Under the pieces are notes generated by a model. That model was not told the origin of the DNA. It did not search any database and saw nothing but the letters and a program-made list of their open reading frames with translations. Source: a virus (Duplodnaviria; Caudoviricetes). Taken from it: a stretch of DNA of 64,000 nucleotides. Position 1 is the stretch's first letter. The number at the start of each line of letters is the position of its first letter. The translations under genes and the position numbers were made by a program. This document shows, one piece after another, positions 44,572 to 53,073 of this stretch. Where the stretch lies: the IMG/VR virus record IMGVR_UViG_3300022591_000002; one strand, written 5' to 3'.

Positions 44572-45342
44572 TTGACAACATTTACATCAGAAGATTTACG
44601 AAACGTACTAGCTGGCGCAGAACAGCAAGGCGATGACGATAAGAATTATAAAGAAGCATACTTAGGCGATCACCTTCGTTTTAAAATGAAACGTGAAGGC
44701 AAACGTTTTTGGGCAGGTGACAATATCAGCGAATATGTTACTGAAGAGTTTAAAGAAAAACTAATCGACGAAGCAACAGAAGCATTTGAAACAGTACTAG
44801 ATCGATTGCTTATTGATCGTGAAAACGATCCTAACAGCAAAGGCACAGCACGTCGGCTTGCCAAAATGTACTTTAACGAGATAATGGCAGGAAGATATGA
44901 ACCAGGACCAGATGCAACAGCATTTCCAAATGACTCGCAGGATCGTTACGAAGGTATGCTCGTTGTTCGTAGTGAGCTTCGCAGTATGTGTAGTCATCAT
45001 CACCAACCCGTATCTGGTGTTGCTTATATTGGCATTATTGCCGCTCAGAAACTTATCGGCTTATCAAAGTACACACGTATCGCACAATGGTGCGCCAGAC
45101 GTGGAACTCTCCAGGAGGAACTTTGTAATGACATTGCTAGGGAGATCTCAAAAGCAACTGACTCAGAAAACGTAGCAGTCTACGTTCAAGCAGTTCATGG
45201 ATGTTGCGAGAACCGCGGCATTATGGCACACTCTAGTCTAACTCAAACTACTGTATTAAAAGGTACATTTAAAGATGATCCTCATACAAAGAAAGAGTTC
45301 TTTGACAACATCAAACTACAACAAGAGTTTGCTCCAAGATGA
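44572..45342 (+). CDS. folE: GTP cyclohydrolase I with N-terminal extension
   Basis: TARRLAKMY, SMCSHH, GLSKYTRI, LQEEL, HGCCENRG; TTG start with GGAG RBS. Confidence 0.92.
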   Translation: MTTFTSEDLRNVLAGAEQQGDDDKNYKEAYLGDHLRFKMKREGKRFWAGDNISEYVTEEFKEKLIDEATEAFETVLDRLLIDRENDPNSKGTARRLAKMYFNEIMAGRYEPGPDATAFPNDSQDRYEGMLVVRSELRSMCSHHHQPVSGVAYIGIIAAQKLIGLSKYTRIAQWCARRGTLQEELCNDIAREISKATDSENVAVYVQAVHGCCENRGIMAHSSLTQTTVLKGTFKDDPHTKKEFFDNIKLQQEFAPR

Positions 45343-45566
45343 CCAGCGACTTAATTCTACTTTCGATTGTATTGGGCTTAGGTATTCTTATCGGTCGTAA
45401 TTGGCACGGCGATAAAGAACACGAGTATAAGAAACGGTTGCTAAAAGAAATCAATAATGACATCAAGAACGAATTAGAAGTAGCAACTAATCTAAACGAA
45501 AGTCTCAAAGAAGACATTGTAGAATTAAAACGTAAATTACGCAAGTTTGAACTGGAAAGGAAATAA
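45339..45566 (+). CDS. small membrane-anchored coiled-coil protein
   Basis: N-terminal TM helix, charged helix. Confidence 0.6.
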   Translation: MTSDLILLSIVLGLGILIGRNWHGDKEHEYKKRLLKEINNDIKNELEVATNLNESLKEDIVELKRKLRKFELERK

Positions 45567-45567
45567 C

Positions 45568-46473
45568 ATGGCAACGCTTGAAGAAAAAGAAAAGTTAATG
45601 GAAGTACTTAAATTTACTCCACGTACCTACAAAATTTCAATGTGGGGATATGGTGGTGAAAAAGTTATGGGTACTGTAGATCGTAAGATTTACGATTACT
45701 TTAAATATCGCAGACTTGATCTTAGCGACTACGCATGGGACAGCGACTATGCCGACGAGCATAACATTCCCGAAGATATGCAACCGTTCCCATCGGGTAG
45801 TTGGTACGAGTGCGATGGTATGGGACATGCAGGCGGTGTTAGCCGTAACGCAGGCACACTTCAAATTGAAGATGAAAATGGCGAAGTTATATACGAACGT
45901 AGTCTAGAAGATTTAGACGGCGGTGATGATAGTCCAGAGTTGACATGCTATGACGAAGTTTGGATTGATTCACAACCTGCAGGTACTGTAGTCTTTATTG
46001 GTAACAGTAACGAAAAAGGTACATTCTTTGAATCAGAATTAGAGCTTACTGCTCCGTTTGATATTACTAAACTAACTCTACAATACGATGAAATCGACGG
46101 TGAAGAGATTGTTAATACTGTAATGTACAACAGTGAAGACATTGATAACTGGGGTGGTAGCACAGATGGCAAGAGTTCAGACTTTGGCTTTTACATCGCT
46201 CACTCACAAAGCCAAACAGGCAAGTGGGAAAAGTATACCAATATGGATGACATTGAGTATGCTATGACTGACTGGTTTCCTAAAAAGATTAAACCTGTAC
46301 GCAACGGCATCTACATGGTTAAGACTGCTGGCAAGAACAGTTACACGTATCAGTGCAAGTGGACTGGAGAACGTTGGATCAGTGCGTGGCAAGAAGATAC
46401 TCCAGAAACTGACGAAGTTAAAATTAAAGAATGGCAGGGTCTTGCCAATAACCCAGATGAGGTAACACAATGA
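45568..46473 (+). CDS. acidic hypothetical protein
   Basis: Long ORF; ATG 45568 with AAGGA RBS. Confidence 0.7.
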   Translation: MATLEEKEKLMEVLKFTPRTYKISMWGYGGEKVMGTVDRKIYDYFKYRRLDLSDYAWDSDYADEHNIPEDMQPFPSGSWYECDGMGHAGGVSRNAGTLQIEDENGEVIYERSLEDLDGGDDSPELTCYDEVWIDSQPAGTVVFIGNSNEKGTFFESELELTAPFDITKLTLQYDEIDGEEIVNTVMYNSEDIDNWGGSTDGKSSDFGFYIAHSQSQTGKWEKYTNMDDIEYAMTDWFPKKIKPVRNGIYMVKTAGKNSYTYQCKWTGERWISAWQEDTPETDEVKIKEWQGLANNPDEVTQ

Positions 46474-46781
46474 ATTTCCTAAGCAAGTGGCTTTTTAAAA
46501 AGCTCAAAGAAGGTGCGGAGCAAGAACGCGAAGAAAATATGTATAGTAACTCTATCCCTAAAACAATGGCCATTAGCGGCCGCGATATTGAGAATAGACT
46601 CGATAGCGATCGCGGTATTCGTTTTAATGTATATAAAGCCACAGGCGGTACAATCATCGAAACTCAGTTTTACGATCGTCAAAGAGATCGCCATCATAAT
46701 GCGCTACATGTTATTACCGAAGATAAAGATATTGGTAAAGAACTTGGCAAGATCATTACAATGGAGTCATTAAAGACGTGA
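46470..46781 (+). CDS. hypothetical protein
   Basis: FNVYKATGGTIIE..YD motif; coupled ORF. Confidence 0.65.
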   Translation: MNFLSKWLFKKLKEGAEQEREENMYSNSIPKTMAISGRDIENRLDSDRGIRFNVYKATGGTIIETQFYDRQRDRHHNALHVITEDKDIGKELGKIITMESLKT

Positions 46782-46975
46782 GTTATACCGGACCCGTATT
46801 TGATGGCCCTAGTTTAGACAAACAGACAAAATGGATTAAGAAGTATCAAGTTGATCCGTTAAAATTAGGACGTATGTGTGAACAGTTTCCGGGGTTGCAA
46901 AAATCCTGGAATGAGTTTAAACTAGTGTATGAACTTTGTAGGAGTGCAGATGAAACTAACCGAACGATTCCTTAA
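46778..46975 (+). CDS. small hypothetical protein
   Basis: GTG start with GGAG RBS; coupled ORF. Confidence 0.5.
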   Translation: MSYTGPVFDGPSLDKQTKWIKKYQVDPLKLGRMCEQFPGLQKSWNEFKLVYELCRSADETNRTIP

Positions 46976-47438
46976 CTGGTTAGATCGACACGGCCGTAAA
47001 CGTGTCATTATGGATCGCGAATGTAACGAACCTTATTTGGAACGTTACTATGTCTTTTTGAAAGATCGTAAATGGTTTCCATTTAACGTATTCATTCATA
47101 AATTTTTAAAATCAGACCCAGATGAGGTACATGATCATCCATGGCCTTACGCTACCTTAATTCTTAAAGGTGGTTACTACGAATGGATTCCAATGTTTGC
47201 ACCAGATGGAATTAAAGTTGGCGAAACACGCTACTGGCGTGGTCCCGGACATTTCCGTATTTGTAGTCCTAAGAGTTTTCACCGTATTGAATTGCACCCA
47301 GAGGTAACTGCTTGGACTATGTTCATGCCAGGCCCACAAGTGCGTGAATGGGGATTCTTAGTAGGCAAATTTGAGAATCAAAAGTGGGTACACAACGAAC
47401 AATATTTGGAGGCAAGACGTGAACAAGCTGGTAATTGA
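46950..47438 (+). CDS. cupin-fold protein
   Basis: HDHPW...ILKGGYYE...FHRIEL cupin metal motifs; AGGAG RBS. Confidence 0.7.
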   Translation: MKLTERFLNWLDRHGRKRVIMDRECNEPYLERYYVFLKDRKWFPFNVFIHKFLKSDPDEVHDHPWPYATLILKGGYYEWIPMFAPDGIKVGETRYWRGPGHFRICSPKSFHRIELHPEVTAWTMFMPGPQVREWGFLVGKFENQKWVHNEQYLEARREQAGN

Positions 47439-47955
47439 TGATGCAAAATTTAAAGGCCTAGTTGCCAAAATCTGTAGAGATATTTTACTCAGCGATTGGC
47501 GTCCTGATTATATTGTAGGTATTACTAGAGGCGGACTATTGCCAGCTGTAATGATTAGCCAATACTTAGATATACCTATGCATACACTCAACGTAAGCCT
47601 GCGTGATAATCAAACAGATTTAGGTCCGGAGAGTAATTTATGGATGGCTGAAGATGCCTACGGATATAATGCAGAAAACGTAGGCGAGGCGTTGTGCAAA
47701 AACATTTTAGTAGTTGATGACATCAACGATCAAGGCTCAACTATAAACTGGATCATGGAAGATTGGCGTAGTGGTTGCTTACCTAATGATGCACGTTGGG
47801 AACAAGTATGGAATTACAATGTTCGATTTGCAGTAATTATAGATAATTTATCTAGCAAGTGCAATGTAAAAATGGACTACGTTGGTATGGAAGTTAACAA
47901 AGCTGAAAAAGACGTATGGATCGAATTTCCTTATGAGGAATGGTGGGCTAAATGA
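47419..47955 (+). CDS. type I phosphoribosyltransferase (Gpt/Hpt-like)
   Basis: VGITRGGL and ILVVDDINDQGST PRPP-binding loop, W.EFPYE; GTG start with GGAGG RBS. Confidence 0.85.
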   Translation: MNKLVIDDAKFKGLVAKICRDILLSDWRPDYIVGITRGGLLPAVMISQYLDIPMHTLNVSLRDNQTDLGPESNLWMAEDAYGYNAENVGEALCKNILVVDDINDQGSTINWIMEDWRSGCLPNDARWEQVWNYNVRFAVIIDNLSSKCNVKMDYVGMEVNKAEKDVWIEFPYEEWWAK

Positions 47956-48236
47956 ATTCGCAAGAAAAAGAAGTAATGGATATTCTGCAAGAAGAATGTG
48001 CAGAAGTTATTCAAGCAGTTAGTAAAATTAGTCGCTTTGGTTTAGACAATTACAAACCAGGCAAACCTAAAACTAACCGCGAACATCTAGAAGAAGAACT
48101 AGGTGATATGTTGGCTATGATTGATATTTTGCAAAGTATGGATATTGTTAGCTATGCTAATATCGAACGTGCCCAAGAAGCAAAAATTGAAAAACTTAAG
48201 AAATGGTCTAACATTTATGAAAACAATATTACCTAA
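47952..48236 (+). CDS. MazG-like NTP pyrophosphohydrolase
   Basis: LQEECAEVIQAVSK...LEEELGDMLA. Confidence 0.85.
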   Translation: MNSQEKEVMDILQEECAEVIQAVSKISRFGLDNYKPGKPKTNREHLEEELGDMLAMIDILQSMDIVSYANIERAQEAKIEKLKKWSNIYENNIT

Positions 48237-48402
48237 AGAAGGCAGTAGATGGTCCGGCACTGAGAGGGAAGTTTTTATTGTCCTGCATACCGTTGAAGTA
48301 GACGGTCACACTTGGGTCCATTACAGAAAAAATTCTACTGATACAGAATATAGCTGTTACGTGGAAAGTTTTTTACAAAGATTTAATCCTATATTAGAAT
48401 GA
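48217..48402 (+). CDS. small hypothetical protein
   Basis: MKTILPKEGSRW...CYVESFLQRF; coupled ORF. Confidence 0.55.
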   Translation: MKTILPKEGSRWSGTEREVFIVLHTVEVDGHTWVHYRKNSTDTEYSCYVESFLQRFNPILE

Positions 48403-48758
48403 CACAATTAAAAGGCTTAGTTCCAAAAGGCTGGGGTTCAGAATTTATCTGGGCCACTAATGACAAGTACTGCGGCAAGTTTATGAACTTCAACGCAGGT
48501 GCAAAATTTAGTATGCACTTCCATAAAGATAAAGAAGAAACTTGGTATATACAATCAGGTAAATTTATTATCCGCTGGATTGATACTAACAACGCAGAGG
48601 TTTACGAGAAAGAAGTTAGTGATGGTACCGTATGGCATAACCCCCCGTGCATGCCACATCAAATCGAATGTATCGAAGCAGGTACTGTTATTGAAGTTTC
48701 TACTCCAGATTCAGTAGAAGACAATTATCGTGTAGGCAAGGGCGATAGTCAAAAATGA
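48399..48758 (+). CDS. cupin (mannose-6-phosphate-isomerase-like)
   Basis: KGWGSE, SMHFH..KEETW, PHQIE, EVST.DS.ED.YR. Confidence 0.75.
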   Translation: MTQLKGLVPKGWGSEFIWATNDKYCGKFMNFNAGAKFSMHFHKDKEETWYIQSGKFIIRWIDTNNAEVYEKEVSDGTVWHNPPCMPHQIECIEAGTVIEVSTPDSVEDNYRVGKGDSQK

Positions 48759-49156
48759 CAAAGGTAATTGTTAATGGAACTTTTGATATACTACATCGCG
48801 GCCATTTGGAACTACTTGACTACGCTAAAAGTTGTGGCGGGTATTTGCTTGTGGCTATTGACACAGATCGCCGTGTAAAAGAATTAAAAGGCGACAGTCG
48901 TCCTATTATTAGTCAGTATGATCGTAAGTATCATTTAGAAATGCTTAAACCAGTCGATGAAGTTAGACTGTTTGATAGCAAAGAAGAACTTGTAGAAATT
49001 ATTAAGAATTATAATCCAGACATTATGGTCAAGGGCAGTGATTACAAAGGCCGTAGTGTAGTTGGAGCAACATACGTACCAGAGGTAATTTATTTTGAAC
49101 GACTCGGCGAATACTCAACAACCAAAACAATTGAACATATTACTGCTAGGGGATGA
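48755..49156 (+). CDS. HldE C-terminal (RfaE-II)/TagD-like nucleotidyltransferase
   Basis: VNGTFDILHRGH, ELKG..RPI, VKGSDY, YSTT. Confidence 0.82.
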   Translation: MTKVIVNGTFDILHRGHLELLDYAKSCGGYLLVAIDTDRRVKELKGDSRPIISQYDRKYHLEMLKPVDEVRLFDSKEELVEIIKNYNPDIMVKGSDYKGRSVVGATYVPEVIYFERLGEYSTTKTIEHITARG

Positions 49157-49859
49157 CGGTTTAGACGTCTATCAGTTTGGTAGCGTAGATCGTATTAGCC
49201 CAGAAGCACCTGTTCCCGTCTTTAAACATTCTTATGATATTCATCGGGCTGGCATGGCTCGTAACGTTTGCGAAAACTTAGAAGCATTGGGTTGTAAAGT
49301 AAGTTTCCTACGAGGCCAAACTAGCATCAAGACTAGACTAATTGATATTCGCAGTAAGCAACAAATTGTTAGGATTGACAACGATGTTGAATCAGATCCT
49401 ATTGTGTTTGAAACTAATATTCCCCCAGTGTATGATGCCATTGTTATTAGCGATTATAACAAAGGCACAATTACTTACGAACTAATTGAAGATCTAGTAA
49501 AAACTGTTAAATGCCCTATCTTTGTTGATACAAAGAAAACTGACCTAGCACGATTGGAAGGCTGTATTATTAAAATTAATAAACACGAATACAGTTTGTT
49601 AACTAGCAAGCCAAAAACAGGATTAGTTATTACACAGGGAGAAAATGGTGTTGTATGGGACGGTTGGGCATTTGGCGCAAAGACTGTAGAAGTAGCCGAT
49701 GTGTGTGGAGCAGGGGATACGTTTCTATCTGCACTTACATACCAATACCTAAATACAAACGACATGCACATGGCAATTAACTTTGCAATAGATGCAAGTG
49801 CAGTTACAGTACAACATTTAGGTTGTTACGCACCCAAACTGGAAGAGATAAATGGATAA
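49095..49859 (+). CDS. HldE N-terminal (RfaE-I)-like PfkB sugar kinase
   Basis: RISPEAPVPV, DYNKG, VDTK, DVCGAGDTF. Confidence 0.85.
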   Translation: MNDSANTQQPKQLNILLLGDDGLDVYQFGSVDRISPEAPVPVFKHSYDIHRAGMARNVCENLEALGCKVSFLRGQTSIKTRLIDIRSKQQIVRIDNDVESDPIVFETNIPPVYDAIVISDYNKGTITYELIEDLVKTVKCPIFVDTKKTDLARLEGCIIKINKHEYSLLTSKPKTGLVITQGENGVVWDGWAFGAKTVEVADVCGAGDTFLSALTYQYLNTNDMHMAINFAIDASAVTVQHLGCYAPKLEEING

Positions 49860-50253
49860 TCATATTTTTAAAGGTATCCCAGATGATATCGAAGATAGTG
49901 AAGCACCGTGGACTGAACTAGTCAACGAAGATTATCATGTAAAAGTTTTCAAGGACAAGTATCCTTGTACCCCCGGGCACCTATTGTACGTGCCTAAATA
50001 TAATACGTTAGGAGTATTAAGTGATGCGTTTGAAGATGCTGTTAGATACGGTAAAGGAATGGTGGAAGCCGGAGAATGGGACGGTTTCAATGTTGGCCTT
50101 AACTATGGCCCATGTGCGGGTCAAACTGTTAACTGGCCCCATATCCATCTTATACCGCGCAGAACAGGCGATGTCGAAGATCCGATTGGGGGCGTCCGAA
50201 ACACAATCCCAGGCAAAGGCAATTATCACTCGCCGGACTATAGAGCAGATTAA
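49852..50253 (+). CDS. HIT-family hydrolase
   Basis: DKYPCTPGHLLYVP, N.G..AGQTV..PHIHLIPRR.GD. Confidence 0.82.
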   Translation: MDNHIFKGIPDDIEDSEAPWTELVNEDYHVKVFKDKYPCTPGHLLYVPKYNTLGVLSDAFEDAVRYGKGMVEAGEWDGFNVGLNYGPCAGQTVNWPHIHLIPRRTGDVEDPIGGVRNTIPGKGNYHSPDYRAD

Positions 50254-50746
50254 ACCTATACACTTTCCGTGGCAATCTGATCCCCGTAGCATGTACGCCG
50301 GTAGTGCAGGACAAGTACTGCAATACACTGGTGCCGGTGCTGGATATACTTGGGCATCTACTGGCATGCATAATACTGCAATAGGTTATCAAGCAGGTTA
50401 TCAAATAGGTACAGGAATTACTGCATCGAAGATTATTCCAAACAACAATATTGTATTCAATAGCCCTACCAAGCCCGTATTAACAATTACAGGTGACGGT
50501 GATGTTATCTGGGGTGGTAAGCCTAGCGAGGCCGCAGATGTTTTAGTACAGAGTTTCCAATTTGCTGTAGAAGATAAAAAAGGAATTACCAAAGCGGCCA
50601 GACGCAGATATTATTTGAAGGCCTGCCAAAATATTCTAAATAAAGCAGAAGCAATGGAACACGAAGAATTTCTTGACTTCCTTAAGAAACACGTGTATAA
50701 TAAGGAAAGACGTGTAATTGTCGATGCATTGCAAGGACGAACATGA
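50171..50746 (+). CDS. hypothetical protein (start uncertain)
   Basis: ORF overlapping the HIT end; NTAIGYQAG-like short repeats. Confidence 0.5.
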   Translation: MSKIRLGASETQSQAKAIITRRTIEQIKPIHFPWQSDPRSMYAGSAGQVLQYTGAGAGYTWASTGMHNTAIGYQAGYQIGTGITASKIIPNNNIVFNSPTKPVLTITGDGDVIWGGKPSEAADVLVQSFQFAVEDKKGITKAARRRYYLKACQNILNKAEAMEHEEFLDFLKKHVYNKERRVIVDALQGRT

Positions 50747-50967
50747 AGACAGCTAAAGAAATATTTGACGAAACAATGGGGCGTGTTAAACGCCTACAAG
50801 TGTTTGAAATTAAACGTGAAGTAGGATCTAACTGGATTCCGCAAGGTACAATTCCTTTTGACATTAGTGCCAGGAATGGTATTGCTACATTCAAAGTGTA
50901 TGCTGAATTCTTGCAAGATGCAGAGGATCAAGTAACGCAATTTTTAGAGAAAGATGAAGATGAGTAA
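50743..50967 (+). CDS. hypothetical protein
   Basis: 74-aa coupled ORF with AGGA RBS. Confidence 0.6.
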   Translation: MKTAKEIFDETMGRVKRLQVFEIKREVGSNWIPQGTIPFDISARNGIATFKVYAEFLQDAEDQVTQFLEKDEDE

Positions 50968-51811
50968 GATTAAAGTCGCAGAATTATTTTACAGTATACA
51001 AGGTGAAGGACGGTACATGGGTGTTCCGTCTGTTTTCTTACGTACATTTGGCTGTAATTTTAAATGCCAAGGATTTGGCATGCCTAAAGGAGAACTAAGC
51101 AATGAAGCTGAAAATGTTAACCCAGAAAATTATAAGCAATATAGAGACTTACCATTGGTCAGTACAGGGTGTGATTCATATGCTAGTTGGGATCCTAGGT
51201 TTAAGCATCTTAGCCCTTTGCTGGATAGTTCTGCGATTGCCGATGCTATTGTGGATACGTTACCGTACAAAGAATGGCTCGACGAACATCTCGTAATTAC
51301 CGGCGGTGAGCCATTGCTAGGTTGGCAGAAGGCTTACCCAGATCTGTTAGAACATCCTAAGATGGATAAACTTAAAGAAATTACTTTTGAAACAAACGGT
51401 ACAATGCGTTTGACAAAAGACTTTAAAGAATATCTTAAAGCATGGAAATGGAAACACGAAGGATTTATTGATCGCGAGATTACCTTTAGTGTAAGTGCCA
51501 AACTTCCATGTAGTGGTGAGCCCTGGGAGGATGCCATTAAACCCGAAGTAGTCTGCGACTATGAAAATTATGGTACTACCTATTTAAAATTTGTAATTGC
51601 TACAGAAGAAGACCGCGATTATGCTCTTAAAGCCGCAAGTGAATACCGTGCCGCAGGATTTAAAGGACATGTTTATCTAATGCCAGTTGGCGGTGTTGAA
51701 AGTGTATATGCGTTGAATAACAAGGCAGTAGCCCTAATGGCAATGAAACATGGACTCCGTTATAGTGATCGATTACAAGTCCCATTGTTTAAAAATGAGT
51801 GGGGAACCTAA
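50960..51811 (+). CDS. queE: 7-carboxy-7-deazaguanine synthase (radical SAM)
   Basis: ELFYSIQGEG, FLRTFGCNFKC...GCDS, VITGGEP, ETNGT, SVSAK, SDRLQ. Confidence 0.9.
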   Translation: MSKIKVAELFYSIQGEGRYMGVPSVFLRTFGCNFKCQGFGMPKGELSNEAENVNPENYKQYRDLPLVSTGCDSYASWDPRFKHLSPLLDSSAIADAIVDTLPYKEWLDEHLVITGGEPLLGWQKAYPDLLEHPKMDKLKEITFETNGTMRLTKDFKEYLKAWKWKHEGFIDREITFSVSAKLPCSGEPWEDAIKPEVVCDYENYGTTYLKFVIATEEDRDYALKAASEYRAAGFKGHVYLMPVGGVESVYALNNKAVALMAMKHGLRYSDRLQVPLFKNEWGT

Positions 51812-52104
51812 TGGCTGGGTTCCAGTCAAAAAGATTAATGAGCCTAAGCAGAATGAGTGACGAAGTACAATGTTCACCTCCGTCGGAAGATTGGGGATTG
51901 AACAGAGCAAGATTTTGGGAACTGAAATTATGCTGGCTTCCTAAAAAATGTTTTCTTACTCAAAAATCTCTTTGGGGCAAACGTGCGTATCACGGTGAGA
52001 ACTGGATCACCGGTCCTGGCGACCCTGTTGTTAATCATTACTGGATCGACAAACATGAATTTCTTATTTGGTCACTAAAAGGTAGAAATGTTCGAAACTA
52101 TTAA
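51811..52104 (+). CDS. hypothetical protein
   Basis: TAATG-coupled to queE; Trp-rich. Confidence 0.55.
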   Translation: MAGFQSKRLMSLSRMSDEVQCSPPSEDWGLNRARFWELKLCWLPKKCFLTQKSLWGKRAYHGENWITGPGDPVVNHYWIDKHEFLIWSLKGRNVRNY

Positions 52105-52699
52105 TCCGTGGACTCCTGTAATTTTTAAAGAGCACTACGACGGATTTGGTCCGGAACAACTTGCGGCCGCAAAAGAATCACTTGCTGGAGCAAAAGACAA
52201 CGGTGTTATTTGGTTAGAAGAAGGCGATGCTCGCAGTTCTGTTTCTAATCAAACTACTCCTCCGTTAGCACACCCTGCACTTAGAGACTTTTTTGATTGG
52301 CAACACAAAAAGGCAGGAGAACTGCTTTTAGACAAGATGCACATGTTGGAAACTATTCCCTATTGGATTTCTAACACATGGGTTAATGTACACGGCAAAG
52401 GTGGATTAACTAAAACGCACACGCACGGTATGACTGTATTAAGCATTGCGGCATACTTACAGATGCCAGAAAATGGTGGCTACATTGAATTTAGAGATCC
52501 TTTATATGAGATGCACAGTATTCATAAAAAGTCAAAGCAGTATGACCCGCAAGAATATCATGCAATACCAGCAGTAACAGGAGATGTATTGTTCTTTTTT
52601 GGTTGGTTACATCATAGAACACAGCCAAACCAAAGCGATACAGAGCGTTGGGTCATAACCACTAATTATACATGTGTACAACATAAGGAAATGAAATGA
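52088..52699 (+). CDS. 2OG-Fe(II) oxygenase-like protein
   Basis: W.NV...HTH, AYLQ.P..GG.IEF.DP, GDVLFF..WL.H, R.VI..N double-stranded beta-helix motifs. Confidence 0.72.
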   Translation: MFETINPWTPVIFKEHYDGFGPEQLAAAKESLAGAKDNGVIWLEEGDARSSVSNQTTPPLAHPALRDFFDWQHKKAGELLLDKMHMLETIPYWISNTWVNVHGKGGLTKTHTHGMTVLSIAAYLQMPENGGYIEFRDPLYEMHSIHKKSKQYDPQEYHAIPAVTGDVLFFFGWLHHRTQPNQSDTERWVITTNYTCVQHKEMK

Positions 52700-53073
52700 T
52701 TGAAAAGATAAAACAATTTTTTGCCAAAATAAAAGGTAGAAAACAAGCAAAAGAATATGTAATTAAACCAGAAACGCTTGATCCAAAAGAAGCCGCAACT
52801 GCACGTCAAGAACCATATGTTTCTGTATTAACTACTCACGTCAATAAAGAGAACATTAGAAATGGCTTTTTTGAGCTTGACTGGAACGAGTATTTTATTA
52901 TACAATTAAGAGAAGCAGGATATCGTGGCGAAAGCGAAGAAGCAATCGTCGATGCTTGGTTCAAGGACCTGTGCCGTGACGTTGCAATGGAAGAGCAAGT
53001 AAGTATGGATCGACGTGGTGCAGGTTATATTAATGTAAACCCTTTAGGTAATGGAAGATCGGAAATTAGTTAA
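52696..53073 (+). CDS. hypothetical protein
   Basis: GFFELDWNEYF motif; coupled ORF. Confidence 0.65.
   Translation: MIEKIKQFFAKIKGRKQAKEYVIKPETLDPKEAATARQEPYVSVLTTHVNKENIRNGFFELDWNEYFIIQLREAGYRGESEEAIVDAWFKDLCRDVAMEEQVSMDRRGAGYINVNPLGNGRSEIS

Noticed and set aside
44539-44574. preQ1 riboswitch upstream of folE
   Set aside because: There is a 5-bp hairpin (AAGTC-ATCCAC-GACTT), and its loop TCC could pair with the GGA of the RBS. However, the loop is too short and the preQ1-I loop and A-rich tail consensus is missing, so it is not supportable without Infernal.
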